This document shows positions 1 through 11,349 of a DNA stretch of 64,000 nucleotides, piece after piece; position 1 is the first letter of the stretch, and every line of letters starts with the position of its first letter. The position numbers were made by a program, and so were the translations under genes. The DNA comes from Mobula hypostoma (taxonomy: Eukaryota): positions 74,092,001-74,156,000 of the forward strand of contig NC_086108.1 in NCBI RefSeq assembly GCF_963921235.1, written 5' to 3'. A model generated the notes under the pieces. The model had not been told where the DNA came from. It was given only the letters and a program-made list of their open reading frames with translations, and did not search any database.

Positions 1-577
1 TTTCTGATTTTGTTTCCTATTTCTCAAGCATTGATCTATTGAAAGTAGTTGGTCAGATTTATCAATAGCAATTATGTCTCGTATTTATTATGCTCCCATA
101 ACATAGTAAAAAATCCAAAGGTGATTAATGGGAGAGTTATCAAAATGAAATTGCATTTTATACTATAAGGTAGCCAAAAGATTCTTTCAAAAGGTAGGCT
201 TTTTAAGAACAGAAAGGAAGAGAGGCAAAGAAGCTAAAAAAGATCATTCCAAAGCTTAGGAAGTAGAAAGGGAAGATGCCAATGTTCAAGAAAGGATGGG
301 TAAGGCCGGAATCAGCCGAGCATAGTTGTCAAAAGGTTCTATGGCTCAAGAAAGTTACATGTAAAAGATGGGATAAGGCCAATTTGAAAACTGGAATTTA
401 AATATTTAAAGTTTTGCAGGAGTGGGAGCTAGCATAGGTCAATATAGTAAATGAAATTAGTGCAATGAGAAATGAGAATAAATAATTGAAAATTTTGCAT
501 AATAAGGGAAGTTAAACTGGGAAATTGGCCAGTACAGCAGTAGTATTTTGTCCTTGAAGGTATTAAATATTTTTTAC

Positions 578-652
578 CTGTATGCAACAGGCTGACAAAA
601 AGAGCAAATATTCATAGAAAACTATGGCACACTTAAAAGAAACAAAAGTAAT
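578..652 (-). CDS. Putative internal exon of an unidentified minus-strand gene (ITFVSFKCAIVFYEYLLFLSACCIQ if coding, phase 0/0)
   Basis: Minus strand reads ...TTTTAATTTCATCAACATGTTTTCATTTTCAG| 75 nt |GTAAAA; only one frame is open; no recognised homology; could be UTR or spurious. Confidence 0.25.
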
Positions 653-1167
653 CTGAAAATGAAAACATGTTGATGAAATTAAAATAAAATGTCAGGAATT
701 CATTCAATCAGAAATGGTAAAGAAAACACACAGTTTTTCTTTTATTCCATGGTCTTTCATAACTCTGATCCAGCTTCGGTTCTAATGAAGGCCCTAGCCT
801 GAACATGAAATAATCTGCTCTCTCCACCAAGTCTGACTTATCTAGTTTGTTTCTGATACTACTGTAATTATTTTACAATTCCCTTAAGTTGTACGTTTCA
901 AATAAATAGTCAAAAGTATGCACTGAATTTTCATTTGACATTAAAATTTTTTAAAATGGTAACAGAAACATATAATCCTTCCTGTTTGCATAAATCAAAC
1001 TGGTGGAGGAAGTCAGCAGCATCTGTGGGATGAAGGAATTGATAACATTAAAGATCAGGGCCAGGAGTGGAGAGGGAAGACAGCCAGTATAAAGAGGTGA
1101 GGGAGCACATTCCAGGCACCCATCACTCTGTGCAAAATAAACTTGACCCACACATCTCCTTTGAACT

Positions 1168-1990
1168 TAACCCATTTCACCTTAAGTATATGCCTTCGAG
1201 TATGAAACATTTTGACACTGAGAAAATTATACCAGCAGCCTTTGCTATGCCTCTCATAATCTTATAAGCATCTATCAGTCTCTCCTCAGCCTCTGCCATT
1301 CCTCATCTCTTTTCTAAAGGGACATCTTTGTATTCTGAGGCTGTGCCCTCTGGTTCTCAACTCTCCTACTATTGGAAACATCCTCGTCATGTCCTCTATC
1401 TAGGCCCTTCATTCTTCAGGAGGTTTCAATCAGATTCCCACCCTCATTCTTCTAAACTTCAGTAAGTACAAGCTGAGAGCCATCAAAGGCTCCTCATTTT
1501 AACCCTTTCAATCCTGGGATATTTCTCATAAACCTCCTCTGAACCGTCTCTAATGCAAGCACAGTGTGGAATTCATTGCCACAGACAGCTGTGGAGGCCA
1601 AGTCATTGGGTATACTTAAGGTGGAAATTGAGGGTTCTTGATTAGTTAGGGCATTAAAGGTTATGGGGAGAAGGCAAAAGAATGGGGTTGAGAAGGATAA
1701 GAAGTCACCCATGATGGAATAGCAGAGCAAACTTGACAGGACAAATGGCCTTATTGTGCTCCCCTGCCTTATGGTTCTTTATTAGATATGGGGCCCAGCT
1801 GCTCACAATACTACAAATATGATCTGACCAACAACTTATAAAGCCTCATTACATTCTTGCTTTTATATTCTAGCCCTCTTGAAATAAATGCGAACATTGA
1901 ATTTGCCTTTCTTACTGCCAACTCAACTTACAATTTAATACTTAGGAATACTTAAGGATTCCCGAATCCCTTTGCATCTCTGAATTCTGA
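1168..1990 (-). mobile_element. CR1 LINE 3' fragments, mostly minus strand, with a plus-oriented 3'-end piece at ~1561-1780
   Basis: Similar to the CR1 RT C-terminus/3'UTR at 26290-26968; ORF 1494-1730 contains VLALETVQRRFMRNIPGLKGL. Confidence 0.7.
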
Positions 1991-2091
1991 ACTCTTGAAC
2001 TCAATGCCTCAACTCTCCAAGACAAGCATGTCTGATTACTTCTTTACCACCCATCAACCTCTGCAGCCACTTTCAGGGAGCTATGGACTTA

Positions 2092-2692
2092 AGGCTGATT
2101 TATACTTCTGCATCTACATCGTTGTGAGCATTTATACTTGTGCATTGGTGTGTCTGCATCACTCTGCAATTCACCGCCAAAACGCTAGTTGGCGGTGGGG
2201 TTTCTATGCCACTGTGTTGAGTTTCTTTGTGTTAAGTTTCTTTGTGTCCTTCAAACAATGGCGACAAACTGAGCGCGTCATGTTGGAGTTGGAGCTAATA
2301 AATGTTGAACAAGAGTTACTTTTATTGAGATTACTGCAAAGCAGAAAAGAGAGAAGACGCCAGAGATGGTGTGTACGACCATTGAACAGATTGAGGCAGA
2401 AGGAGGGTGAATTTTCTGTGCTTGTCCGGCCACTGAGAGACATGGACAAGGAAATGCATTTCAAATATCTTTGGATGTCGGCAGGTAGATTTGAGACTTG
2501 ACGAGAAGAAGCAACCAGAAATGCATAGGAGGAAATGCGATGCTACCAAGCGGACCAATCACAGTTGTTGAGGTCTGCATTGCCACGACACGTAGTTACA
2601 TTTTTGGGGAGGTGCGCATCAGGCTACGGCGTAGGGTACGCGGCTACGCCATACCTATGGTGTACATTCAACGCAGAAGTATAAATTGGCCT
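2092..2692 (+). mobile_element. Non-autonomous PIF/Harbinger DNA transposon carrying a transposase N-terminal fragment
   Basis: TIRs aggctgatttatacttctgc / gcagaagtataaattggcct (18/20 match); TTA target duplication at 2089-2091 and 2693-2695; peptide RRWCVRPLNRLRQKEGEFSVLVRPLRDMDKEMHFKYLWMS resembles Harbinger transposase N-termini; interrupts a CR1 remnant. Confidence 0.8.
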
Positions 2693-2695
2693 TTA

Positions 2696-5180
2696 GACTC
2701 CCAAGATGTCTCTGTACATCAGCACTGTTAATGGTCTTACATTAAGTGCAAAAGGACAAGTCAAGGTTACTCTCCCAAAGTGCAACACCTCAAATTTGGC
2801 AGGATTAAACTCCATCTGCCAATCTTCCACCTTTACCACTATTTCACTTAGCAGATCTATATCCCTGTATCATTTAGCAATCTTTGACACTATCAACAAC
2901 ACCACCAATCTTTGGTATCAACTGCGAACTTACTAACCCACCCATCTACATTTTCACCCAGTTCATTTCATGACACATGCCGGTGATACTAAACCTGATT
3001 CTGATTCATTTATGTAAATCACCAACACGAAAGGTCCAGAATGGGATCATTGCAGAACACAAGTCATGGACTTCCAGCTGGTATCATTCTCAGCGACTAT
3101 TACCCTCTGTCTTCAACGGGCAAGCCAATTATGAATCCAAACAGACAAGTTACCATGGATTCGAAGCATCTTAAACTTCTGGAGGAGCCTCCCTTGACGG
3201 AACTTGTCAAATGCCTTGCTAAAAGCAACATCCACAGCTCTACGTTCATCAATCACCATCACCTCCTCAAAAATTGCCATCAAATTAGTAAGACCTGACT
3301 TGCCCCAAACAAAGCCATGCTGACTGTCCCTAATTAGCTCATGGTTTTCAAACTGTTCATAAACCCTCTATCTAACAAACCTCTTGAATAGTTTTCCTGC
3401 CATTGACATCAGTGTTCACTTTCCAAGATTATCTCAATTTTCTTCTTAAATAATGAAAGAACATTAGCTACTCACTGGTCCTTCATGATCTCTCCTGTGG
3501 CCAGAGAGGATACAAAGATCTTGGTCAAGGCTACAGTAATCTCACCTCTTGCCTCTCTCAATAACCTTCTGCATATCTTATCAGAGCTGGGGGACTTAAC
3601 CGCCTTAATGTTCTTTAATGGTCTAACACTATCACCTCCTTTATCTCAAAATGCTCAGCAAATTAGCACACTCCACTCTGATCCCCACGAGAGGTTTCAG
3701 TGGTCCAAGAACCTGCAACCTGCACCCTGCACCAGATACTCAGACACACAATCATCTGCTCTATCTTCATATATCTGCCATAACTAGCAAAAGGCAACAG
3801 CAGTATTCCAGAGATACTATCTTTGAGGTATTGCTTTTTGGCCTCTTTCCTAACTCTCTATACTCACTGTGCAGGACCGCTTCCCCCTTTCTACTCACGT
3901 TTTTGGGCCAAGTCATCGAGCAACAGAGTATAGATACAAGCTCCTTGGTCCAGTAAGTCATGCTAACCATGGTGCACACAGAAGCTCGTCCCAATTTCCT
4001 GCATTCAAACATATCCCTTACCATCCACCTTATCACAATTTCAAACACTTCAATAAACTCACCCTTCAATATTCTATTTTCCAAGGAAAAAAGACCTAGC
4101 CTCTGCAACTTCTGTCTAGAACTCAGGCCCTGCTATCATGGCAACAGCCTCAAATCATTACTTCACTCTTTCAAATTAACCATACCTTTCCAATAACAGC
4201 ATGACCAAAACTGTACACAGTACTCCCAGTGTGGCCTCACCAATGACTTAGATAACTGCAACATAATGTCCCAGTTCCCTTACTCAGTGCCCTGATTAAT
4301 GATGGTAAGTGTGTTAAATGCCTTTTTCCTCATCCTGTGTACATATGGAGCCACTTTCAACAAACTACACACTTGTACCTCTCAGTCCCTCTGTTCCAGC
4401 ACACTCCCCAGAGCACAACTATTCATAGTATCAGACCTACACCGGCTTGACCTCTCAAAATACATTACCTCACCCATATCTGTACTGAAATCCATTTGCC
4501 ACTCCTTGACTCACTCCCCTAAGTGATCAAAATCCCCCTATAATCTGCAATAACCTTTTTTACTATCATCATTTTAAAATTTTGTATCATCCAGAAACTT
4601 AGTAATCAAACCTTTTGCATTTGCAATCAAATCAGATTAAAATAACAATAACAAGGGTCCCAATACCGACTCCTATAGTGTATCACTTGTCATCAACCTC
4701 CCTTCCAAGAAACAACCTTTTTTTAAATCAATTTTTATGCGTTTCTACATAGAGCTACAGGAAATAAAATCAACAAAATGGCGATTTATACAGTGCAAAG
4801 CAAACATGTCCAATATATAATTCATAACAATAAAAAAAGCACCCAAAATAAAATCATGCAAGATTAGTATCCACCCCAGCCTCCCACTGAAAAAAAACCC
4901 AGGCCAACTATTTGTGTATTAAAGAAAAAAATTAATCGGAGCATTCAACCCCACAGAGCTGTAAGTATATATAAGAAAAAGGAAAACATAATGCAAGAAA
5001 CAACCTTCAACAACCACCCCTTGCTTCCTACCTCCAAGCTAATTTGGTATCCACCTAACTTTCCCTGGATTTCATGGAAGCTAACCTTCCAGATCAGCCT
5101 ACTATGCAGGACTTTGTTAAAGGCCTTGCTGAAGTTCCAGACAGACAACATCCCCAGCCCTATGGTTACCTCCTCAAAAA
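2696..5180 (-). mobile_element. Decayed CR1 LINE fragments (several copies), with an unrelated A-rich LINE-tail-like insert near 4720-4990
   Basis: Minus-strand peptides RLGLFSLENRILKGEFIEVFEI and FSKAFNKVLHSRLIWKV, typical of CR1 RT. Confidence 0.65.
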
Positions 5181-5452
5181 GACACATGTAGATTCGTCAA
5201 GCTCGACTTCCTATAACAAAGGCACGCTGATGGGCAGAAGGAGAGGGAGGATTGGAGTGGGGAGACTGATGCAGGTGGGTGATAGCTGGAAGCAGACAAA
5301 GAAAGAAGGCAGATGGAACCAAATGTGGGTAAGGGAGGGTAGATGTGGAGACAGGGGCTGGGTAGAAAAGAAGTAGAGGCACTATGTCCAAGGAATTTCA
5401 GAAGGAAATTGTTAATAGGAATCATGATGGGAAAGATGGAACTGGTGTTGGG

Positions 5453-5779
5453 CAATGTTCTCTCTAATTTGCAATGACCAGTGTGCTCAAAAATTTTGTG
5501 CTGTGCAATTTTTTGCCCAGCAACAACATCTGCGCACTGAATAATTTCTTCAATAAAAACAGTACAAGTAAGCCAGTTCTAAGATCTGTGGACAAATCAT
5601 CGCAAGCTCCACGTTATCAACACTGCTTGCATCAGAAACCAGCAAAAATATGCTTATGTACGATCATGAAATACACTTAACATGCCAACGAGGTAGAGGG
5701 TGACAACTTTTTGTGTGCATAGTTTAGCTTCCTTTGTGCGCTCGTAGCACACAATGCACACATTTTAGAGGGAATATTG
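5453..5779. mobile_element. hAT-like MITE
   Basis: TIR caatgttctctctaa / ttagagggaatattg; degenerate 8-bp TSD gtgttggg / gtggtgga (6/8). Confidence 0.6.
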
Positions 5780-6717
5780 GTGGTGGAGGGGAAAGGGGGG
5801 GGAAGTGTCTCAGAGACAGGAGGTTTAATAGAAACCAGTTTATTTTTCCCCACAGATGTTGTTCAACCCAAGTTCCTTCAGCAGTTTGATTTTCTACTCT
5901 TGATAGCGGTATCTGAAGTCTCAAAATATTTCTACAACCCTGTCTCTTTACCAGTGTAAGATCAGCAAATCCTTAAAGTATTCTAATTCAAATACTGGCA
6001 ATTATAACATTCAAACGGATCTTTTAAATTGAAAATGTATCCAGATACAAAAACATCAAAATCAATATGACATTTTTCAATGCAACAGTGCAAATTTGTT
6101 TTGAATGAAGAATTGACTTATAACAAAATATGATACTGACTTAAAATTAAACAATTATTTTTAAGTAAGCAAAAGTCACCAAACGCCGATGTAAAATGAT
6201 TGATTTTTTCGATGTAGGAGGTTATTAACACTAAGTTATCAACTTGAACCAGAAAAAAAATGAGATGCTGGAAATCTAAAATCGAGCCAAAGTGCTAGAA
6301 ATAATTAACAAACAAAGCCATACATTCAAATTGATCCATTTCTCTTACCACAGATTTAGCCTGAAGTGCTAAGTACTTCCAGTATTTTCTGCATTAATTT
6401 ATAATCAACCTGAAACATTACCTTTCAAGAGATGCTGCCCGTTTCCAATATATTGTTTTTGTTACAAGTAAACATTTCAGTTGAAATTGAAGCTTGCAAG
6501 TTTCAGTAAACTTATAAATAAGAGTTTAGTCTGAAAACTACATTGCAGAATAAAGGTTAACAGTATACAGGGTAGAGAGAAGTTACAAATACATTGTCTG
6601 AACTGAAGTCTTTCAATATGACAAAAGATTGACAGGGCTGTGTTAGATTTTGGGAAACTACACAGACAGACTGGAGATTTAATAGTGTTTAATAAAGAGA
6701 TTTCTATAGAATACATA

Positions 6718-6948
6718 AACAACAGGAATTCTGCAGATGCTGGAAATTCAAGCAACACACATCAAAGTTGCTGGTGAACGCAGCAGGCCAGGCAGCATCT
6801 ATAGGAAGAGGTGCAGTCAACGTTTCAGGCCGAGACCCTTCGTCAGGACTAACTGAAGGAAGGGTCTCGGCCTGAAACGTCGACTGCACCTCTTCCTATA
6901 GATGCTGCCTGGCCTGCTGCGTTCACCAGCAACTTTGATGTGTGTTGC
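6718..6948. mobile_element. Young Penelope-like-element-derived hairpin retroposon
   Basis: 92-bp inverted arms (6750-6841 / 6859-6950, one mismatch) around a 17-nt loop; 16-bp direct repeat ttctatagaatacata at 6702-6717 and 6949-6964. Confidence 0.75.
6815..6850 (-). ncRNA. Minimal type-I hammerhead ribozyme motif (Penelope-type)
   Basis: Minus strand AGUC-CUGACGA-A-GGGU(CUCG)GCCU-GAAAC-GUU-GACU: helix I AGUC/GACU, conserved CUGANGA and GAAA boxes, palindromic AACGUU in place of helix III, NUH cleavage triplet. Confidence 0.65.
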
Positions 6949-6984
6949 TTCTATAGAATACATAGTAAGATCACATTCATCCAG

Positions 6985-7740
6985 GTCTCAGATGGCAATG
7001 AGGAGGCATACAAGATTGAGGTCGATTATCTGGTAGTCTAATCTTGCAGCAACAACCTCGTACTCAGTGTCAGCAAGGCCAAGAAATTGATTGCAGTCTT
7101 CAAGAAGGGGAAGTCGGGAATACACATTCCAGTCCTAACTGCAACACACATCAAAGTTGTGAATAGCAGTGATAAAGGTAAGCAGTATTAAGTTCCTGGC
7201 TGTCGACATCTCAGAGGACTGGTCCTATGCCCAACATATTGATGTAATCATGAAGACCACATGTCAGAAGCCCTACTTTGCTAGGAGTTTGAGAAGATTC
7301 GGAATGTCACCACCGAAGACTCCTGCAAATGTCTGTAGATGTTGGTGCGGAACATTCCGATTGTTTACATCACTGCCAGGTATGGAGGCTCCGTTTCACA
7401 GGAGTAAAAAAGTTGCAGAGGCTTATTGACTCAGCAACCTCCATTGTGGGCATAACGCTCCCTGACATGGAGGACATCTTCAAGAGGTGATGCCTCAATA
7501 AGGGCCCTCACTATCCAGGACATGTCTTCTTCTACTTACTACCATCATGACCTACACTCATTATTGAAGAAACAGCTTCTACCCCTCCATCAGATTTCCA
7601 AACAGTCCACAAACACTAACTCCTTATTCCTTTTGTTTTGCAATATTTATTCCTTTTGTGATTTATGGTAATGTTTGTCTCTCTACTGTACTGCTGCCAA
7701 AGGAACAAATTTCACGTCATATATCAAAGTAATAATATGC
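6985..7740 (+). mobile_element. Rex1/Babar-type LINE 3' fragment
   Basis: Peptide KFLAVDISEDWSYAQHIDVIMK...RSLRRFGMSP; tail resembles the other Rex1-type copies in the window. Confidence 0.7.
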
Positions 7741-8076
7741 TGCCTGACTTACTGAGTTCCTCCAGCATTTTGTGTGTGATAATACATTTGATTCTCAGCA
7801 GTGAAATCAGTCAGAAGATTTAAAATAAATTCCACGTCCAAGAACGCTTATCGAAACAAAAATCAGGGAAGCACTAAAGTCAGTACCTGTGAGTACTAGT
7901 AAGAGACATTTATGATGAGTAGTTGATTCGTTGTAAATATAATGATATGCCGCAAACTTCTAGGATTTCTACAATTTGATCACAGCAGCTAGAAACATTT
8001 TCCGTATACTGCAGGTCAAAAGCAACACTAGAAATAAAAGAGTGAATAATCCATAAATCCATAAAGATGAGCTCAC

Positions 8077-8217
8077 CTTTTCTCCCTGCACTTCGCTCCT
8101 ACTCTCTTGATCCGGATTAGGGTGAACTTCGTTTGTATTTCTGTGTTCATCCCGCAAGAACTGTTTCGAAGCTTTCTTTTTGGTCTTGAGGTTGATGTAT
8201 GTTCCAGATTTCTTCAT
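8077..8217 (-). CDS. Putative first coding exon of an unidentified minus-strand gene (MKKSGTYINLKTKKKASKQFLRDEHRNTNEVHPNPDQESRSEVQGEK)
   Basis: ATG at 8217; strong donor AAG|GTGAGC after 8077 (phase 0); candidate acceptor TTAG before 8244; lies just downstream of the CpG island; no recognised homology. Confidence 0.3.
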
Positions 8218-8449
8218 TGCTCAGCAGTCAACACCCCCCCCCAACTAATTTAAGCACATGTATATATAAAACAACCAACAAAAAAAGCTGACTATTCTCC
8301 TTCAAAGAAAAGAGGCGAATCTATTCTCCAGGCCACAACTGGTAGAGATACATCTTTGGAAGGATGATCCAAGTTTACTTTTAAAACAAAGAAGCGGGAA
8401 AGGGAAAAAGCGTTTTGGGAATTGGCCGAGAGAAGGAATGAATGAATTA

Positions 8450-9020
8450 ATCAATGAATGCACAACGGCTTTCAGCGGGTGACGAGATGCAGGCACCCGC
8501 CACGCTCGGGCATCTTTCCCTTGTTCCAGGACTGAGAGCCGCTCTCACTCAGGACCAACAGACGGCAGAAAGTGAAGAAGTTCGAGCGTCACTGCTGTTG
8601 CGGTTAAAATTAAGCCATATCCAGGGCGTGCAGGGCCCCGCTCCACGCTTGCCACCAGTCTCCTTCGTACCCGCTCCAGCCTCAATTCAAGACGCTGTTA
8701 CCGGTGAGAAGCCGCTGCCCCAACTGCCGCTGACACCAACTGATCCGCTGTCAGCATCGCCGCATTCACCGTCGTCCCGAAAACATGCCGCGTCCCACGC
8801 CAGCCGCAATGCGACGGACATATCAACCCGGCTGATGACAGTGATGATGAGACTTAATTTATTATTGTTGTTGTTTTACTCCCTTTCAACAGAACTCACT
8901 TCCGGTTGTTGGCGCACTTGACCTTTAGGCCGGAAGCACCGCTAGGGGGCGGGCGCGCGCGGGAGGTGCGGGAGCGCTTATCTGGTCTGGGACAGGTGGG
9001 TGGGCTGGGACGTGTGGGTG
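8450..9020. promoter_or_regulatory. CpG-island, probably bidirectional, housekeeping-type promoter
   Basis: Strong CpG enrichment outside any recognisable TE; opposed ETS/GABP motifs CACTTCCGGT (8897-8906) and CCGGAAG (8930-8936); CTCF-like CCGCTAGGGGGCG (8939-8951); GC box; splice donors on both strands (minus CCG|GTAACA at 8702, plus CAG|GTGGGT at 8995). Confidence 0.7.
8702..8821 (-). other. Putative first exon / upstream ORF (MSVALRLAWDAACFRDDGECGDADSGSVGVSGSWGSGFSP) of the minus-strand transcript
   Basis: ATG at 8821, 40 open codons, then donor CCG|GTAACA; splicing to the 8244 acceptor would stop just before the 8217 ATG, so possibly a uORF. Confidence 0.3.
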
Positions 9021-9959
9021 GCAGTTTTCTCATCTTAACATTGAAGTTCTCGAATTGATTATTTGGTTGGTTGAAAGTCATCCCATTGCATCATTTTAAA
9101 GTTGTGCTGCTATGTTGGCTAGTCATCATAAATGAAAGATGGTAAATGTCTGATCCCATTGTTGTTTGATGAATCTTGTTTTGAGCAAATTGGCAATGTT
9201 ATTGAGGTGGAGGCACATCATCGTCTTAGAAGTACCTACTGAGGTCTGCAGATCTTTATACTGTATAGAACTGCCACAGATAATCCTAACTGATGGCTCA
9301 TCAGTTAATTCTTTCCAGAAATTTCAGATGAGAAATGAGACTAATTCAGATGAGACTAATTTAAGGGAACATGCAAAATTACAGTCTTGACAGTGAACTC
9401 TCTTTCTTCTTCGATGGTCCCTCAGTTTTGATGATGACTTGCCTCCATTGGAGATTCATGAAATCAAAAGGGATAGATAAAGTCTGTGCAGGGTCTACAG
9501 ACACTGTCACTGATAAGGAGAAGAGGAATTTAATTTGGTTTGTTAAATAAGTTCTGTGCCCCTCTGTTCCTTTTCTTGTTTTCAGTGTCCTTCAATGGAA
9601 GTCAAAGGTGTCTTTCTTCAATGCACCTTCACCTGTTTCAGCTTATTGGCTAGAGAGTCCCATGAGTCTAAGAATATTACATTTTTGGAAGGAAGGATTG
9701 AGATCATCTGTCATCTCTTGCACTTCCATAAAAGTGTGGTTAAGTTTAGAAGCCACTGTCTGACCTATGTGAATAGTTAACATTATCAGGGAATCTATCT
9801 CAAGACAGTACAACTTTCTGAAAAGCCAATCGACCTCAAACTTCTCTGGCATCTGGTCCTGCCTTCTCATGTGCAGTCATGAAACAGCACACCCGGATGC
9901 CTTCACTACCATTGCAGTAGATTTCAACCAGGCCAGTTTGAAGAGGGCTCTGAACAACT

Positions 9960-10716
9960 ACCACCAACATATCACCTGTGGATCTAACTGAGCCAACAAA
10001 CTTGATCACTGTTATACCACCATCAAGAACACTTACTGCGCTATCCCACACCCACATTTTGGAAAATCCAGTCACCTGGCTGTACTTCTACTCCCAACAT
10101 ATAGGCAGAGAATCAAGACCACAGCACCAGTGGTGAGGACCAAGAAGGTATGGTCAAAGGAGACAGAGGAGCACTTTTAAAACTGCTTTGAGTCAGTGGA
10201 ATTCACAATATTCAAAGAATCATTTTTGAATTGAAATGAATAGGCCATAGTTGTCACCAACTTTGTCAAGACCTTTACCTTCAAGAACATACTGAACATA
10301 CCCAAGCCAAAATCTGTAGATGAACCAGAACCAGGAGATTCATAGTCTGATAAATCTATGGCATTCAAGACCAGTGATCCAGAATGATACAAGAAGTCCA
10401 GGTACAACCTACCGGAAAGCTATTTTAACAGTGAAAAAACAAATTGATTGAAGTTCGAGATGGAATTGGATGCATGTCAGCTCTGCCAGGGTTTGCAGGC
10501 AATTACTTGCAACAGGGCAAAACCTTTCATCATGAATGGCTGTGATGATCAAAGTTCAAAGTCTGCAGCATCTGGTGACCCTGTGATCTCTGTTGTGGAG
10601 GCCGATGTCAGAACATCTATCAAGAAGGTCGAACCCTCGCAAATATCAGGCTCTGATGATATTCCTGATAGGGCATTGAAAACGTGTGCCAACCAACTGG
10701 CAGAAGTGTTCAAAGA
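9960..10716 (+). mobile_element. Rex1/Babar-type LINE, 5' part (host of the LTR insertion)
   Basis: Peptide GSDDIPDRALKTCANQLAEVFKD breaks at aaaga (10712-10716) and resumes as catcttcaat (IFN) after 17500. Confidence 0.8.
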
Positions 10717-10916
10717 TGTATCGTATAGCCTCCATTATAATAAGGGACTACTTTATGTTTTAGTAACGTGTCGTTGCATTCACTGTTAGGTGCGTATTGA
10801 TCTGTATGTGTGTGCTGAGTTCGGACTGTTTGCCAGTAAAGAACCATGAAACTTAGCTCCCGTCTCCAGCATTTTTATTAATAACATTGTTGTGTAACCA
10901 GGCCACGTACACAACA
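10717..10916 (+). repeat. 5' LTR
   Basis: Direct repeat of 17274-17495, followed by the PBS. Confidence 0.9.
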
Positions 10917-10978
10917 AATTGGCGACGAGGTTAATGAACCTATATCTTATCAGAATGCAGTGTTTTAGTTGATAATGA

Positions 10979-11146
10979 CACTCGGAGAAAAAGCGCAAGG
11001 TACGAGCCATGGAGTGGGAGAAGAAGGCAGAGCGAGGCCGTGACTCCGAAAGGAAGCAGGAGCACAGCCACGGTCGGGAACGTTGGGAGACCAAGAGACA
11101 CAGTCGGAGCCGCAGCATGTCCAGGCAAGACCACAGCCGGCGCTGA
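10979..11146 (+). pseudogene. ACIN1: Host-derived RS-rich fragment resembling the C-terminus of Acinus (ACIN1), in the element leader
   Basis: Frame reads HSEKKRKVRAMEWEKKAERGRDSERKQEHSHGRERWETKRHSRSRSMSRQDHSRR* (TGA 11144-11146); resembles the recalled ACIN1 tail (..EREKEAER..KRREHSR..RRDTKRHSRSRSRST..RR*); W/Q/H/M residues fit CpG decay of R/T codons. Confidence 0.55.
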
Positions 11147-11349
11147 CTCCCAGGGCTGAGGGTCTGCCTGCCCCACACATCTAGACGGAGTGCGCTCATG
11201 GCGCTAGCAAAAAGGACACGTGAGTCAAAAAGAAAACAAGGGGAAAATGGGGCTAAATTAACATAACAAAGATGGCGATGATTGGAACCATTACAGCATT
11301 TGATAATGGCATTGAAGACTGGGCAACTTACATTGAGAGAGTGGAGTTA

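Noticed and set aside
8454..8921. 155-aa plus-strand ORF in the CpG island
   Set aside because: GC-rich stop-poor sequence with no recognisable domain; it ends at the promoter motifs rather than starting after them
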